Source: Anthoceros angustus | Taxonomy: Eukaryota; Plantae; Anthocerotophyta | DNA: 64,000 nt | Direction: 5' to 3' | NCBI GenBank assembly: GCA_010909165.1 | Contig: MU008191.1 | Location: forward strand, 496,001-560,000 | Part shown: positions 36,570 to 48,680 of the stretch, piece after piece | Layout of the letters: each line of letters starts with the position of its first letter | How positions within the stretch are numbered: the stretch's first letter is position 1 | Notes under the pieces: generated by a model | What the model was told of the DNA's origin: nothing | What the model saw: only the letters and a program-made list of their open reading frames with translations | The model's database searches: none | Translations under genes and position numbers: made by a program

Positions 36570-36957
36570 TGCAACAATCCTCAGATGCTCGGGATATGAG
36601 GAGTTGGATGATGAGTCCAGGAATGGCTGTCTTTCATTCTTGTTTCTCGTGTACATATAGGTCCTAGCCTCGTTCATGCCAAGAACTCTTGAAGGTAACC
36701 GAATCGGGTTACTGTTTCGACCGTTGTACCTACGATTCTAATTTATGGGCATTTAGCCATATTTAATCGGCTATTTCCTAATTACTGGATAACGACCGGG
36801 GTCAGTCTGGGTTTTATCGTTTCTACCTATTAGTAAGTTTGTTATTATACGGTCCGTTGCGCGCTGCTGTTTCCGTCCCGTTAGGTTGCTAGCACCTACA
36901 CCATGGCGAGACGAAGTTTGTGTGGGTACCCTATTTGACGAGTGAGCTGCTGTGACA
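36570..36957 (-). repeat. 5' LTR of copy 2
   Basis: Near-identical to 19534-19933, TG...CA ends. Confidence 0.95.
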
Positions 36958-37199
36958 TCTTGAGTTGTCTTCTTCTTCTTTTTCAGATGCTTCCGGATCA
37001 GGTTGGGCTTCTTCGTTCCAGTTGGCCTAAACTGGCTTCCTTTGGTCCTATTTCAAAATTTGACTGTCCATATGTACTTTAATCATCCATCCATCCATTT
37101 AATTATATCTATTGTGTATATATATATATACTAAGAAATAAATTTATACATACATAACTTGGTTATAACATGTAAGTGATAATAGACATAGTACACGAT

Positions 37200-37460
37200 T
37201 TGCTCCAAGTAACTAGTACTCTCTAGAATCTACTAACCTATTGCTATAGATAATTTGATCCAAGTAATTAGTACTCTCTAGAATCTATTGAACCTATTGT
37301 TGTTGATAACATGGATCTACTAGTCTATTGCTAGTCTAGGGATAATATCAATCTATGTACTAGCCTATTGCCAAGGATAATTCTATCTATGTCCCAGGCT
37401 ATTGTCAGGGAATCATTATACTATGTCCTTGGCTATTGTTAGGGAATCATTATACTATTT
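37200..37460. repeat. Degenerate short tandem repeat (tactagcctattg-like units); paralog at 4290-4440
   Basis: Recurrent ctactaacctattg / ctactagtctattg / tactagcctattg motifs. Confidence 0.6.
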
Positions 37461-38166
37461 CGGCCAACATCTTGCTGCGTAGAGAAAGAACGTGCTCCTT
37501 ATAATGTGGGCTATGAAGTTATTTCGAAACTTGAAGCACAATAAAGCTGAGTGAGAGAATGTATTTTTTATAATGTGGCCTATGGAGTTATTGTATATGT
37601 GGAGCAAGAAACACAATAAAGTTCAGAGAAAGAATGTGCTGTGGCGTAGTTGAGTTGAATACCTTTGCAGTGTTTGTAAGATTCTTCTTAACTTAGATTG
37701 AGCTAAGTTCGTCCGTTTTGAGGCTCATTGCAATATTCGTGATATTCCTTGTGCGATTCTTCATGATCTAAGTTGGCTCAAGTGCTTGGTTGTCATTGCA
37801 ATATTCGTGATATTCCTTGTGCGATTCTTCATGATCTAAGTTGGCTCAAGTGCTTGGTTGTCGAAAAGCTTTTTGTAACCTAAGTTGGATGAAGTGCATT
37901 GGCTACTTTAAGGCTCGTTCTAGCCTTTATGCTTTGTTGAGTTAAGTGCTTTTTATAGTAAAAGGTTAGACGGTCATTGCAGCCTTTGTGGTCATTGTTG
38001 TCGGAAGGCTCAATTTATTTCATTCACTTGTGGGCTACATTCTAAGTTCAATTGAGTGTATCTACTATTGTATGCCCCTTTCTAGTTTTGGGAACTTCTC
38101 TTGCTCTAAGATTCGAATGGGTCTTTATGATTTTTGAGGCCTTTACTATTTCAAGGCAAACGAAAC

Positions 38167-39044
38167 ATGTCTATAATACAAATATCAATTTCAAATAATT
38201 TTATATTTTGGCTTATATCTATAAGAGATATTGTTGCTAAGAAGACTATTGAGCAAGAAGTGAAGCTAAATGACATACGAAATATTATCAGCATATTAAA
38301 AGATGTAGAAGACCTTGTCACCAAACATGGAAAACGAGGAGGACGACGAGAATCTAGTAACATACACAAAATGATACAAAAATTTCGTCAATACTTTGAG
38401 GTATGAGAACTAAACCCAAACACATGCAAACTTCATGAATCCACAACAAAGTACTTACAATAATGATATAGATATATTTCTCATAGTTATCGTGAAATAA
38501 AAATTCTGAACTATTGTAATGAAAATTTGAAATGCCATAGTTAGATCTCGAACATATTATTATACGTTGGCTATAATGAATATTGTACAATTGTATGATT
38601 GTCATTGACAGGGCCATAATATTACCCTTAAGATGATGGACAAGGAAATTATTCTACGTAGAAAAATAGATCAACTAATAGATTGCAGAGATCGAATCGA
38701 AGAACTTTTAAGTGCCATTCAAGCTCATGGAGTAGATATATCTGCTTGTTTGGATGAAATTAAAGTTATTGTTTTTGGTGAAGGTTTTCTTCCAATCGAC
38801 TATGTTCCGACTAACATCGGTACAGATCCACATTAATATTATAGTTATGATCAAACGTGTGAGGGAGTTAGCGAGAGTCCTTAACCACATAGAGAGCTAC
38901 ACCATAATGAGCAACAACCTTTTTAGGGTGAGAAAAGGGGAATATTCAATTCCCATTGCATATTTAATTCCCCTTGAGTATTCAATTCCATTTGGCCATA
39001 CAAGGAGAGTCCTAAATCTGCGACCTGCCAGTTTTGTACTTTAA
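38167..39044 (+). CDS. Putative orphan two-exon gene (~220 aa, AT-rich), one frameshift near 38820
   Basis: Exon 38167-38400 (78 codons, phase 0, gag|gtatga) joins acceptor gacag|GGC at 38612 in frame into ...LKMMDKEIILRRKID. Amino-acid-level similarity to paralogs at 2790-3128 and 5286-6060. Confidence 0.5.
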
Positions 39045-39537
39045 ATCTACTCTTAATATATGTGCCCTTAATAAGTGTCATTCATGCGTCAAATGTTAGA
39101 AAAGTAAGCCGTCTACTTGCTAGGTATTTGTACATGCTAAGAGTTAATTGTTAACTTTTATTACTTAAGAAATTCCTCTAGACATAATGGTCCTAATCGA
39201 GAAGTGTGATATTATTTAATCTAAAATTATAATTATCAAGTAATTGAAAAATTAACATTGATCTTCAATACATTTAATACTACAAGAAAACTGTATGATC
39301 TAAAAAAGGGACAGACTTAATTATCGTAGGGGATTCTCGGCAAACAGCACAATTGTCTATTGATTAATTTAAATCAAATATTATAAAACTTATTTATGTT
39401 TATTTTGGATAGTTGTGTCACAGTACTAAATGTTTGCCGCTCATTGGGACACCCGGTCGGTAGCTATCGTCGGGGGCAGACTGTAGTTCTCTTTCTACGC
39501 ACCTCATTAGGAAGGAACGGCATATATATGTAGACAT

Positions 39538-42500
39538 CTACGAAAACTGTGCATCAACAACGATATTTCCATCACTTGACTCAAAGACTGCCGTTACAAT
39601 CACTAGCTCAGCACCTCGGCAAGGATCTGCCTCCCCATACAACGAAGGAGGTTGAACTGATACAGGAGCCCTCAATAACTTCACTCCTTGCTTCCAAAAT
39701 GTCGGATTACCTCCTGCCAAGAAACGTAACGAGATACATTAATGCCATCTATCAAGCTCTGCACACGATTTCCAGCCGCTTAAACTCATTGGGTCATCTG
39801 CAGGATCTTTGCTGTATGAAAATCTTCAGGACTAACGATACCTGATGGACCTGTTGAGTATATCAGCTCTCCACTCTCATCGTAGACCCAGTCGATCCAC
39901 AGAACAAGTGCATGACAGCTGCCGGATTGAGTAATGGGAACCTGCGGGACGGAGGTGACTAATTTATGGGCTGCAGTGTGACATTCTTTTGACACTCTGG
40001 GTGTAGCACATGGTACATGATTTCCATCTCCCCAAAGACAAGATTTCCAACCTTTATTTCACCTCGAGCCGTTTCAACCTTCCTGTCGAAGTTGAATTCT
40101 ATCAAACTGAAGGCCTCTGTTAGTTCCTGTCAGAAGAACAGTTGCATGAGTTACGATGGAGGTGAAGCATCCCCCTCTGCTTTGCAGAAAATAATAACAT
40201 CATCCTCCGGCACCCCACCTCCATGTGCCCGCATTGCCACAACGCATACGGCAAGACTGGTCCTTCAAGAGGCTCGGGGAGCTGGCCACATGCACCCAGG
40301 GCCACATTCACACAAGTGTGATCGAACCCCTCAACTAATCCGAGACTACATCTGCTTTGCCACAAATCCTGCACAGCCAAACCATGGCAGATGAGGTTCC
40401 AGATCTCTAGCACAAAGTTGAAAACAGAATGTGTTCACTAGGCTACGTACAGGAAGGTGGACAGCCATTCCCCGGAGAATCGCCCTGAATGGGACAATAG
40501 TGAAGTCGTCTGCAAGAAGGGGGTCCAAAAGAGTTCTCTCAAACCTGGCATGCACAAGCAGTATTAGACACGTGACGTTGGCAAAATAGGCGTGATTGCA
40601 GTTTGAGGGTGATTGAACCACTCAGAACACACCAGAAGCGGAAGTTCTGCCATGGAAGCTGGCCCTCATTATCCCAGTAATATGGTTCAGCTAGTATGAT
40701 ATCCACCTGCTTCATTGCAAAAACTGATTAGAACCACATATTCCGTGGTCAAAAAGATCACACACATATGGCAATGGGACTTTCAAAACGCTACAGGTAG
40801 CTATGTGCACACCTTCTGGCCACTCAAGTCTTCCGAAGTCAAAGATGATGCTTTCTTCGATAGCACATTAATACGCTGAGGCTGGATATCATTCCTTTCC
40901 AGCACGCTCCGTATCAGATCAGGGTTGTGATTTCTGAACCCAGGCAACAACGTTGTAACTTCTGAAGGCGTATTTGCCCGTGCTGCTGCGAGAGTCATAA
41001 GAAGGCTGTCATCTAATACAAGACACCTGGACCGCAATCTTCCTTCAGTCTGCATTCAACAGGTAGGTTAGCCTCAGATAGTGGACCTTTGCTGCTGCAT
41101 CATTGCTGGTTCTCAAGGCCATAAACATAAAGGCTAGCTTCCACAAGTTGTATTCCCCGATCATGTTCACAAGAAGCAGAAGATACCCTACCACTTTGGT
41201 AACCGCTGTCAGCACTAAAGATCGCAGCTGTTGGTCACCCAGCATGCCAACTCTTTCCGGCTTCATCGCCAGTCGTGTACAGTTCTTGGCTGGTTCAGAA
41301 TGATGAAATGCTTCACTGATTGATTCTTCTTGATCCGATTTGTGGACATGGTACTGCACACTTATGCTGTCATGAACGGATTTAATCTTCAATGTCGCAT
41401 CACAAGCAACCTCCAAATCTTGGCGCCTAAAGAACCACACTGACTGCTTCCAATGTTCTCGCCATGGAGAAACACCTGAAAAGCACACGAGAGCTATTAG
41501 TGATCAGAGCAGATTTAGTGGCATCATCAACCAAGGGAACTGACAGATATATACCGACATGGGGCGCACTGCCCACGAGCTGGGCCCACTGAGGAGCAGT
41601 GGAGTACGTCACTGAGCATTCTTCATCCAAGTAAAGCACCCACCTGTCTTGCAGTGATCAGTTTATTTGCTAACCAGGCTCAGAAATGTCTAAGATTCTA
41701 AATCTGATGAAGACGAGCGACATTCTTCTCATAATCCTTTCAGTGCAAACCTGGCAACTGCTACTAACCATGAAACCAAAGCATGCACCGTTCCACCTTG
41801 AGTTACAGGAACCTCAAGGACAATCTGCCTGTAATCACTCGGCATCTTGGAGAAATCAAAGGTAAAGACCTCAAACGGTTCTGAGAGCTGCACACAAACG
41901 CCCCAAAGTTCAAAGAAGCCCCCCGAAAACCTTAACCCTACCTCCTTAGAATGCCACGAATATGTAGGCAGCACCACTCCTTACTACTCGTAAGTTGTTT
42001 GAGAGTGCGTCAATTTGCAACTCGCACTTTGTTGGCAACCAGCTGTCGAGAGAACCATGAAGGGACAGCCCATCAGCTTCGCTGCCCCTCAGGTCATGGC
42101 ATCTCTTCAAAAATTCGCATTCCACGAGCTGCGAGCAGACAGGGCACGTTGTTCTTTGAGCACGACAGATATCCGTAAGTTTTGTTCGACAATATCCAAG
42201 ACATACCATGCCACCATGAGACAAACCTGACCATAAATGGCGGCCTTGAAGGGCACTGTCCGCGGATTGGGTGTGAGCAAATGAGCATGTGCGTGCCGCA
42301 ATGTTGGGATAAGCCCTTCGCCTAGGAGCTCTGAATCCAATATCTCGCTGACCTGAATCAGCACGGTGGTAAGGCACAAGCCAGAACAAACCTGCTTGCC
42401 TAATACCCTCTGCGGTCTCTCTGAACCCAAGTAGCTGAAATTTGAAAATCAGCCCACTACCCACCAGAACATCGGCCCGAGAGGGCATATCAATCCCAAC

Positions 42501-43168
42501 TTGCATCTCATCAGAACGCTTGTGGACAAGGCGCACACCTAAACTCATCCCATGGGCACGTAGCACCTTTCTTGCCAGCCGAAGCATGGGAAGAAATGAT
42601 TCGCAGGAAGTGACTCTGCTATGTGCAGCAGATTCAATCCCTTCCATGTTTCCTGCAGAGCCTTGTTCCCGCATGGCACGCAAAGCCATCATAGACAACA
42701 ATCCTGTTCCTGAGCTGCAAAATCACGAAACATTTGAGAGCCAACGTAACCTGCCTTCTCGCATGCTTGCCTGGGCATCTACAAGACAAACCAGGCAGCA
42801 TCCCCAAGCTGGCCCTCATACCCAATGTCCAGAACATGCCGAGCTCCCTGCACCGCCTTTTCTATGGCTTTAGAATAAGCTGCGTTGCGCGCACGGTCAT
42901 TAAGCATGTCCAGGTAGGAGGTCCCGCTCAGCTCCCACTTTGCACCACTGGTGCAATCGCCCTGGTCCTGGTCCTGGTCCGTGACCACCTCCCATTCCGA
43001 CACCCCGGTGAGTGGGTTCAGCCGCTGTCGCAGCATCACTGCCGGGGGAGCTGGGCCCATGGCGGGTCCACTGCAGTTACGCTGATGCCTGCCCTTAGCA
43101 GCCCATACCCGCGCCCAGTAATGCAAGGCAAGCTGTCTGGACGGCTTCCGATGGGCAGCCAGCCTCAT
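39538..43168 (-). CDS. PRMT7: Protein arginine N-methyltransferase 7, multi-exon
   Basis: LRQRLNPLTGVSEW...TSYLDMLND..RN..Y..AI...HVLDIG / GTGLLSMMA..VTSCESFLPM / VSEILDSELLGEGLIPTL / WREHWKQSVWF / ...WKQGVKLL: the duplicated-domain architecture of PRMT7. Confidence 0.95.
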
Positions 43169-43590
43169 GCAGTGTTGCTGAATTTTGCTTGCGTGCAACA
43201 GCAACTCGTAGGATAGAATTGTTTTTGCAGTAATCCAGTCCTACGAAAGTGGAAAGCCATTGGCTATGGTTTCCCATCACCACTTTCAACCAGGCAAGGA
43301 ATGTCCTTGTTTATATTCGAATGTTCCCACACACGGGACAGGTTGCGCTCATGACGGCCACCAGCCTCTTGAGTGCGAACACCTCGCCCATGATTAAGCC
43401 CACAATCAGCTAGCAATTAGCTTAGGAAGCATCCGCATTTTCTTGGCTGGCCCCATCCGGCAAGAACCCAGCACATGTTTCTAGGACTTCTGTTGTGGCT
43501 TTTGGAGAAAGCTGCGTCCCTTCCAACACACCAGCGATGGATCCCGAGTAGCGGCGGAATCGTGTGACTGCCTGTGCGGCGGGATCAGCC

Positions 43591-46500
43591 ATGAGCATTG
43601 TGCTGCCCACTGCTTCTGTGATCCTGGGTAGTAGGGAGCATCGCTGCCTCTGCACTTACCATGGCGGGGAGAGGAATGCCAAGGCCAGATTGAGTGCCCC
43701 AGGGGTCTTCCATTTGAGTTTCATGTGGCCGTCAGGATCCAGCAGGAAGAGACTCAAGGCCTCCATCAGATGCAGTAGATCAGAGCAAGACTCTTCCAGG
43801 AAGGATGAAGGAAATGGATTAGTGGGGCAGCGGACAGGCGCCAATTCGCCTCTCAGAGCTCCTAAGGTGGCTCCGACACATGAAGGTCTGGTGGGTCGGA
43901 ACCCAAATGGAGAGACTTCCAAAGAAAACGATGCCTCCGGAGACTGCATTGTGGACCCCCAGCTGCCATCGGAGCAAAAGGTGTGCTGGTTCTTAATTTT
44001 TGTAACATGCTATGGGGTAGCAATTAGTCATGTGGAGCGACTGACATGGCTAAGTGTTTGTTGCAGAGAGTGGGATCCGACTTGAACACCCTGGTCAGGA
44101 GATTCTGGAAGGTAGCTGCTCCATATTGGAGCTCAGAGGATAAGGTGCAAGCACGCCTACGGCTGGCTGGCGTTTTTGCGCTCACCTTGGCAACCACTGG
44201 GATTAGTGTAGGATTCAACTTCCTTGGGCGAGATTTCTACAACGCCCTGGCCAGTGAGTTGATCACCGTGTGATTTCGTTACATCATGCTTTTTCTTCTT
44301 CTTCGTTGAAGCTCATTCACCCCCTTCTGTTCGTGGCTCCTTACTCATGGTCCTTGCGCGTTCATGTTCCAGGCAAGGATGAGGAACGTTTCATGACCCA
44401 GCTACTGTATTATCTGGGAGCATTCATTGCCGGAATTCCGGTGAGCATATTGCCGTAATTGCTTGGCTACTATTTTCTGAAGCGAAATCAACATGCATGA
44501 TACATTGGTCCTCAAGAAGAGATTTCTTGGTTACTACTGTAATTCGGTAGATGGTCTGCCACCCTAGCTGGAGATGTAGCTTGGAGCTCAGTCCTAGTCT
44601 CCTCTCAAGTCTGATTGCATTCACTCACTCGACTGATGGTTATTCACTGATTTCTTATGTTTGAAGTTGTTCTTGTTAGGTTTTCGTGTTCCGAGACTAT
44701 GGGAGGGAGACATTATCACTGCGCTGGCGAGCATGGATGACTAAGTTTTACATGAGCAGATACTTCGACAACAGGACATTCTATAACATTCAGTCACAGT
44801 CCCTCATCGACAACCCTGACCAGAGGATTGTGGATGACCTCAATGCTTTCACAGGCACAGCCCTCTCATTTGCACTAGCAATATTTAATGCAACAATAGA
44901 CCTTATATCATTCAGCGGCATTTTGTACGGCATATACCCGCCACTATTTGGCGTGTTGATTGTTTACTCCCTTGGAGGAACAGCAATCAGTGTTGCACTG
45001 GGCAAGGTGAGGTGAACCCATGTAGACATCATTGTGTGACCTTTGACCAGTAGATCTTGAATGCATTGTCCTCTTAGATAAGACCAGGAACTAATTCTAT
45101 GTCATTTCCAGGGCTTGGTGGGCTTGAACTTTATGCAGGAGAAGCGTGAGGCCGATTTCCGTTACGGCCTTGTGAGGGTGCGGGAAAATGCTGAGTCCAT
45201 TGCCTTCTATGGGGGAGAACTGAATGAGATACAGTTGCTTATCCAGCGGTTCAAGGAATCCTTCAACAATTACAGCGTGAGTCCCCTAGCCTGCCTGGCA
45301 GAGTGCACCAACAAAGTGTTGAGGTCTTTACTTATTTTGTTATGACTTATCAGCTATCTGACGATGCTTTCTGTCGCACAGAAATTGTTGATAGCTTCCA
45401 GAAACTTGGACTTTTTTACAAGTGGATACCGTTATCTTATCCAACTTCTCCCTGCTGCAGTCGTGGCACCTCTATACTTTGCCGGGAAGATAGAGTTTGG
45501 TGTCATCAACCAGTCCTTTTCTGCTTTCAACCACATACTTGGCGATTTCTCTATTATCGTGTACCAGTTTCAGTCGATTAGTGCATTTTCAGCTGTTGTT
45601 GATCGACTTGGTAGGTTTCCTGACCATAGCTTGACAATCGCATTCATGTAACTCACACACAGTTGTCTCATCTTGCAACTCTCTGGCTGGGCAGGGGAAT
45701 TCAGTGAAATATTGGACCAGCAAAACGGCCCATTGGAGGAGTCTGCTGAAGGAGACTCCACAAAGGATGCTTATACAGCACAGATATCCCTCCTTGATTT
45801 ACCTCTTGGGCGGATGGACAGGGAGCAACATGGACAGGTCCTATTGGAAATATGTAACCTGACGTTACGAACTCCTCAAAACACCATGACGTTGGTGAAC
45901 GACCTGTCTTTACGTGTGCATCAAGGTGAACACCTGCTGGTGAGAGTCCCAGTCACAAATGCTTTTTATCTGCAGAAGGTGGCAATGATGTCTTAGCCTG
46001 CAGTAGTGACTAGGGTCCCCCTTTCCACCAGGTCATGGGAGCAAGTGGCACCGGAAAGACATCACTTCTTCGGGCTGTTGCTGGACTTTGGCGTTCGGGT
46101 GATGGCACCATCAAACGGTACGTCCGATCAGAACAAAACGAAGTGCAGGCAGGTGACGGAACGTCACAGCAGGAGTTGTCCACTGCTGCTGCACCAGCCC
46201 TCTTCGACTCAGATGTCGGTGTCTTCTTCGTACCTCAAAGGCCTTACATGGTGCTAGGTAGTCTTCGCCAGCAGCTGCTGTATCCCACCTGGACCCAGGG
46301 TCCTGCGGAAACCGCTTCTGAAGCGAAAGGTAATCAATCAACTCCCTCCGTCTGTTGCTACTGGTTCTGTGAAGTTGGATGATGTTAGCTAACAGAACGA
46401 GTCTCTCCCATTCCAGATTCGCTACCCTTTCTTGGCAGACCTGAATCCGAATCTGTGGGACGTCCCATCGACAGTGCCCCAGACGACGACGAACTGCTCC

Positions 46501-47005
46501 GAACTCTTGAAAAGGTGCGACTGGAGCACCTCATGTCACGCTGTGACGGACTGGACTCCCGTGTGGAGTGGTCCAGCATCCTCTCCCTCGGAGAACAGCA
46601 GCGTCTTGCTTTCGCTCGGCTTCTACTCACTCGACCAGCTCTGGCTCTCATGGATGAGTCAACAAGTGCACTGGACGAAAGCAACGAGGTACACTTCCAC
46701 TCCGTCCCTCCCATCCCCACCCAACTGCAGCTCCCTCTGAATTCCATCAACCCGCAGAGACACCCACATCATGGTCTCAGCCAAGAACTCAAACTGTCCT
46801 GCAGGCCCATCTCTACTCTCAGGTGAAGGCAGCAGGAGTAACGTTCATCAGCGTGGGCCACCGCAGCACCCTCCTCAAGTACCACACCCACATCCTCCAG
46901 CTGACAGAGTCCCAAGACAACACCGGCTGCAGATGGGCCTTGAGCCCAACCCAGCAACGTCTCCCAGCCCAGCCAGAGATCCAAACCACGTCTAGATCTG
47001 ATTAG
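43591..47005 (+). CDS. ABCD2: ABC transporter D family half-transporter, plastid/cyanobacterial type (AtABCD2-like), multi-exon
   Basis: Transit-peptide-like N-terminus; RRFWKVAAPYWSSEDK, DNPDQRI, EADFRYGLVRVRENAESIAFYGG (EAA motif), Walker A GASGTGKTS, signature LSLGEQQR, Walker B LMDESTSALD, SVGHR. Confidence 0.93.
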
Positions 47006-47577
47006 CCCATTAGCCAGCACTCTTGAGGGCAAATGATGTGCATCATCAGATGTGTATGTATCGACACAAGCCGTCACCCCTCCTTACAAGAAAAGCAAAG
47101 AGAAGCTGACCATCTCTCAAGCGCTCCTCTTCCTACCTGGACCTCCCCACCAGCCACTTCCTGGCACCTGTTCCTGTGTCACCAGCATATGGCACTGCAT
47201 ATATATTTCCTAGAAAGGCGGCAAGGTTCTGTTACCGTGCACTGTGCCCATATCCCACCTGCCTCCCCATAAGGAGTTCAGATACGTACTGGCTGCCAAC
47301 TGCCAAGAACCCTCTCTCTCTTTCCGTTCTGTTCCCGGTACGGCCCATCACGCTTGTGAGCCCACCACAGTAGCCCACTGTAAAAGCCATCCTCCATTGG
47401 GATTATTACCTGGACTAGTCCTCTCTTCCTGTTGAGACTGCTTGAAGTGAACGCTTCCACAGCCAGGCCACTAGTTCTCCCAAATAAGAGTAGGTACTAA
47501 TCTCTCCCATGTTGTAGACGACCTACCTCTGTGCCAAGTTCCTCCTACTACAAAAATCCTGTAAATGCTAGAATGAG

Positions 47578-47699
47578 CCCCTAAGAATGCTGGAAGGAGT
47601 CCCTAAGAGTGCTGGAAGGAGTCCCGAAGAGTGCTGGAAGGAGTCCCGAAGAGTGCTGGAAGGAGTCCCGAAGAGTGCTGGAAGGAGTTCCTAAGAATG
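47578..47699. repeat. 22-bp minisatellite x ~5.5
   Basis: Unit CCCGAAGAGTGCTGGAAGGAGT. Confidence 0.9.
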
Positions 47700-48142
47700 T
47701 GAAACCAAGCCCTCAAGCTTCTGAACAGGGCCCCTTAACCAGGATCACTTGCGAGTGAACTGTGGGTGGTTACCGATGGTGGGCAGTTTGAAATGTGAGA
47801 GGAGCGTATAAAGGATGCTGCAGTGGGAGCTGTGCCAGAAGAGTGATAACATCAGTGCAGGCTGGGAAGGTACGCTGTGCCGTCCTTGACCCGTTGCAAT
47901 AGCGAAGTGGATATGGGCTTCCCCCGATAGTCGGAATCTGGGAATAGCGGCGTGGTGTTCCGGACTCTTCGCTCGCTGCCGCGCTGTCTGCAGGCCCGAT
48001 CGTGCCAGAAATGGCGCAATGCGCGCAGCCCACAGGCTCCCTTGCCCCGAGACCTCTCCGGGCTGCCCATCTCCTTCCCTCTTCCTCTGCCTCGGTATCT
48101 GGAGTCGTCCTACCCGCCCGGCGCAGCCATGCGCCCGCCTAG

Positions 48143-48222
48143 CTCTGCTGCTGCTTCTGCTGCTGTTACTGCTGCTGCTGCTGCTGCTCTTGCTGCTGCT
48201 GCTGCTGCTGCTCTTGCTGCCT
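48143..48222. repeat. Imperfect (CTG)n microsatellite upstream of the kinase gene (probably 5' UTR)
   Basis: About 25 CTG-like triplets. Confidence 0.9.
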
Positions 48223-48680
48223 GGAACGCCCGCTGGACTGGCGGATTGGAGCTCGGATGCGCCTGTTCCCAGAGGGCGAGGATCTGCGTCCCGGGGCGTG
48301 CGTGGTTCTTGTAACGGGGAGCGGGGTGGCACAGGATTATCATGTTACGGACAGTTAGCGCGGCTGCCTCTGGGAAGATGAAGTGGTTACTCTCCACCTC
48401 GGATCTGGGTCCTTCCCTCCGCTGCGATTTCATGAAGTTCTTGAGGCTTGCTGGGCTGTGACTGGGGCAGCTCTCGCAGCGGTGGAAGGGGAGGACAGGG
48501 ATTTGTGGCCTCAGCCATGGATGCAGCGGATTTTGCACGGGGAGTGCTGGTGCTGGTGCTGCGGCTGGTGCAGCGCAGCTGGAATTGACAGGGCTTGCGT
48601 ATTTGGTTTCCGATCCGCGGGAGGGAAGCTGGGTGTGAGCGCAGAAGCTGCAGATGCTGGGTCCTGGAATGCGGGGAGAC

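Larger units (their letters stand above)
19534..36957 (-). mobile_element. Ty3/Gypsy chromovirus LTR retrotransposon, copy 2, with a nested DNA transposon in gag
   Basis: LTRs 19534-19933 and 36570-36957. TSD TCTTG at 19529-19533 and 36958-36962. Has PBS and PPT, gag CCHC, protease LDSGASH, RT, RNase H, integrase and chromodomain. Confidence 0.96.

Noticed and set aside
47578-47699. 22-bp repeats as a CRISPR or iteron array
   Set aside because: Head-to-tail with no spacers; an ordinary minisatellite.
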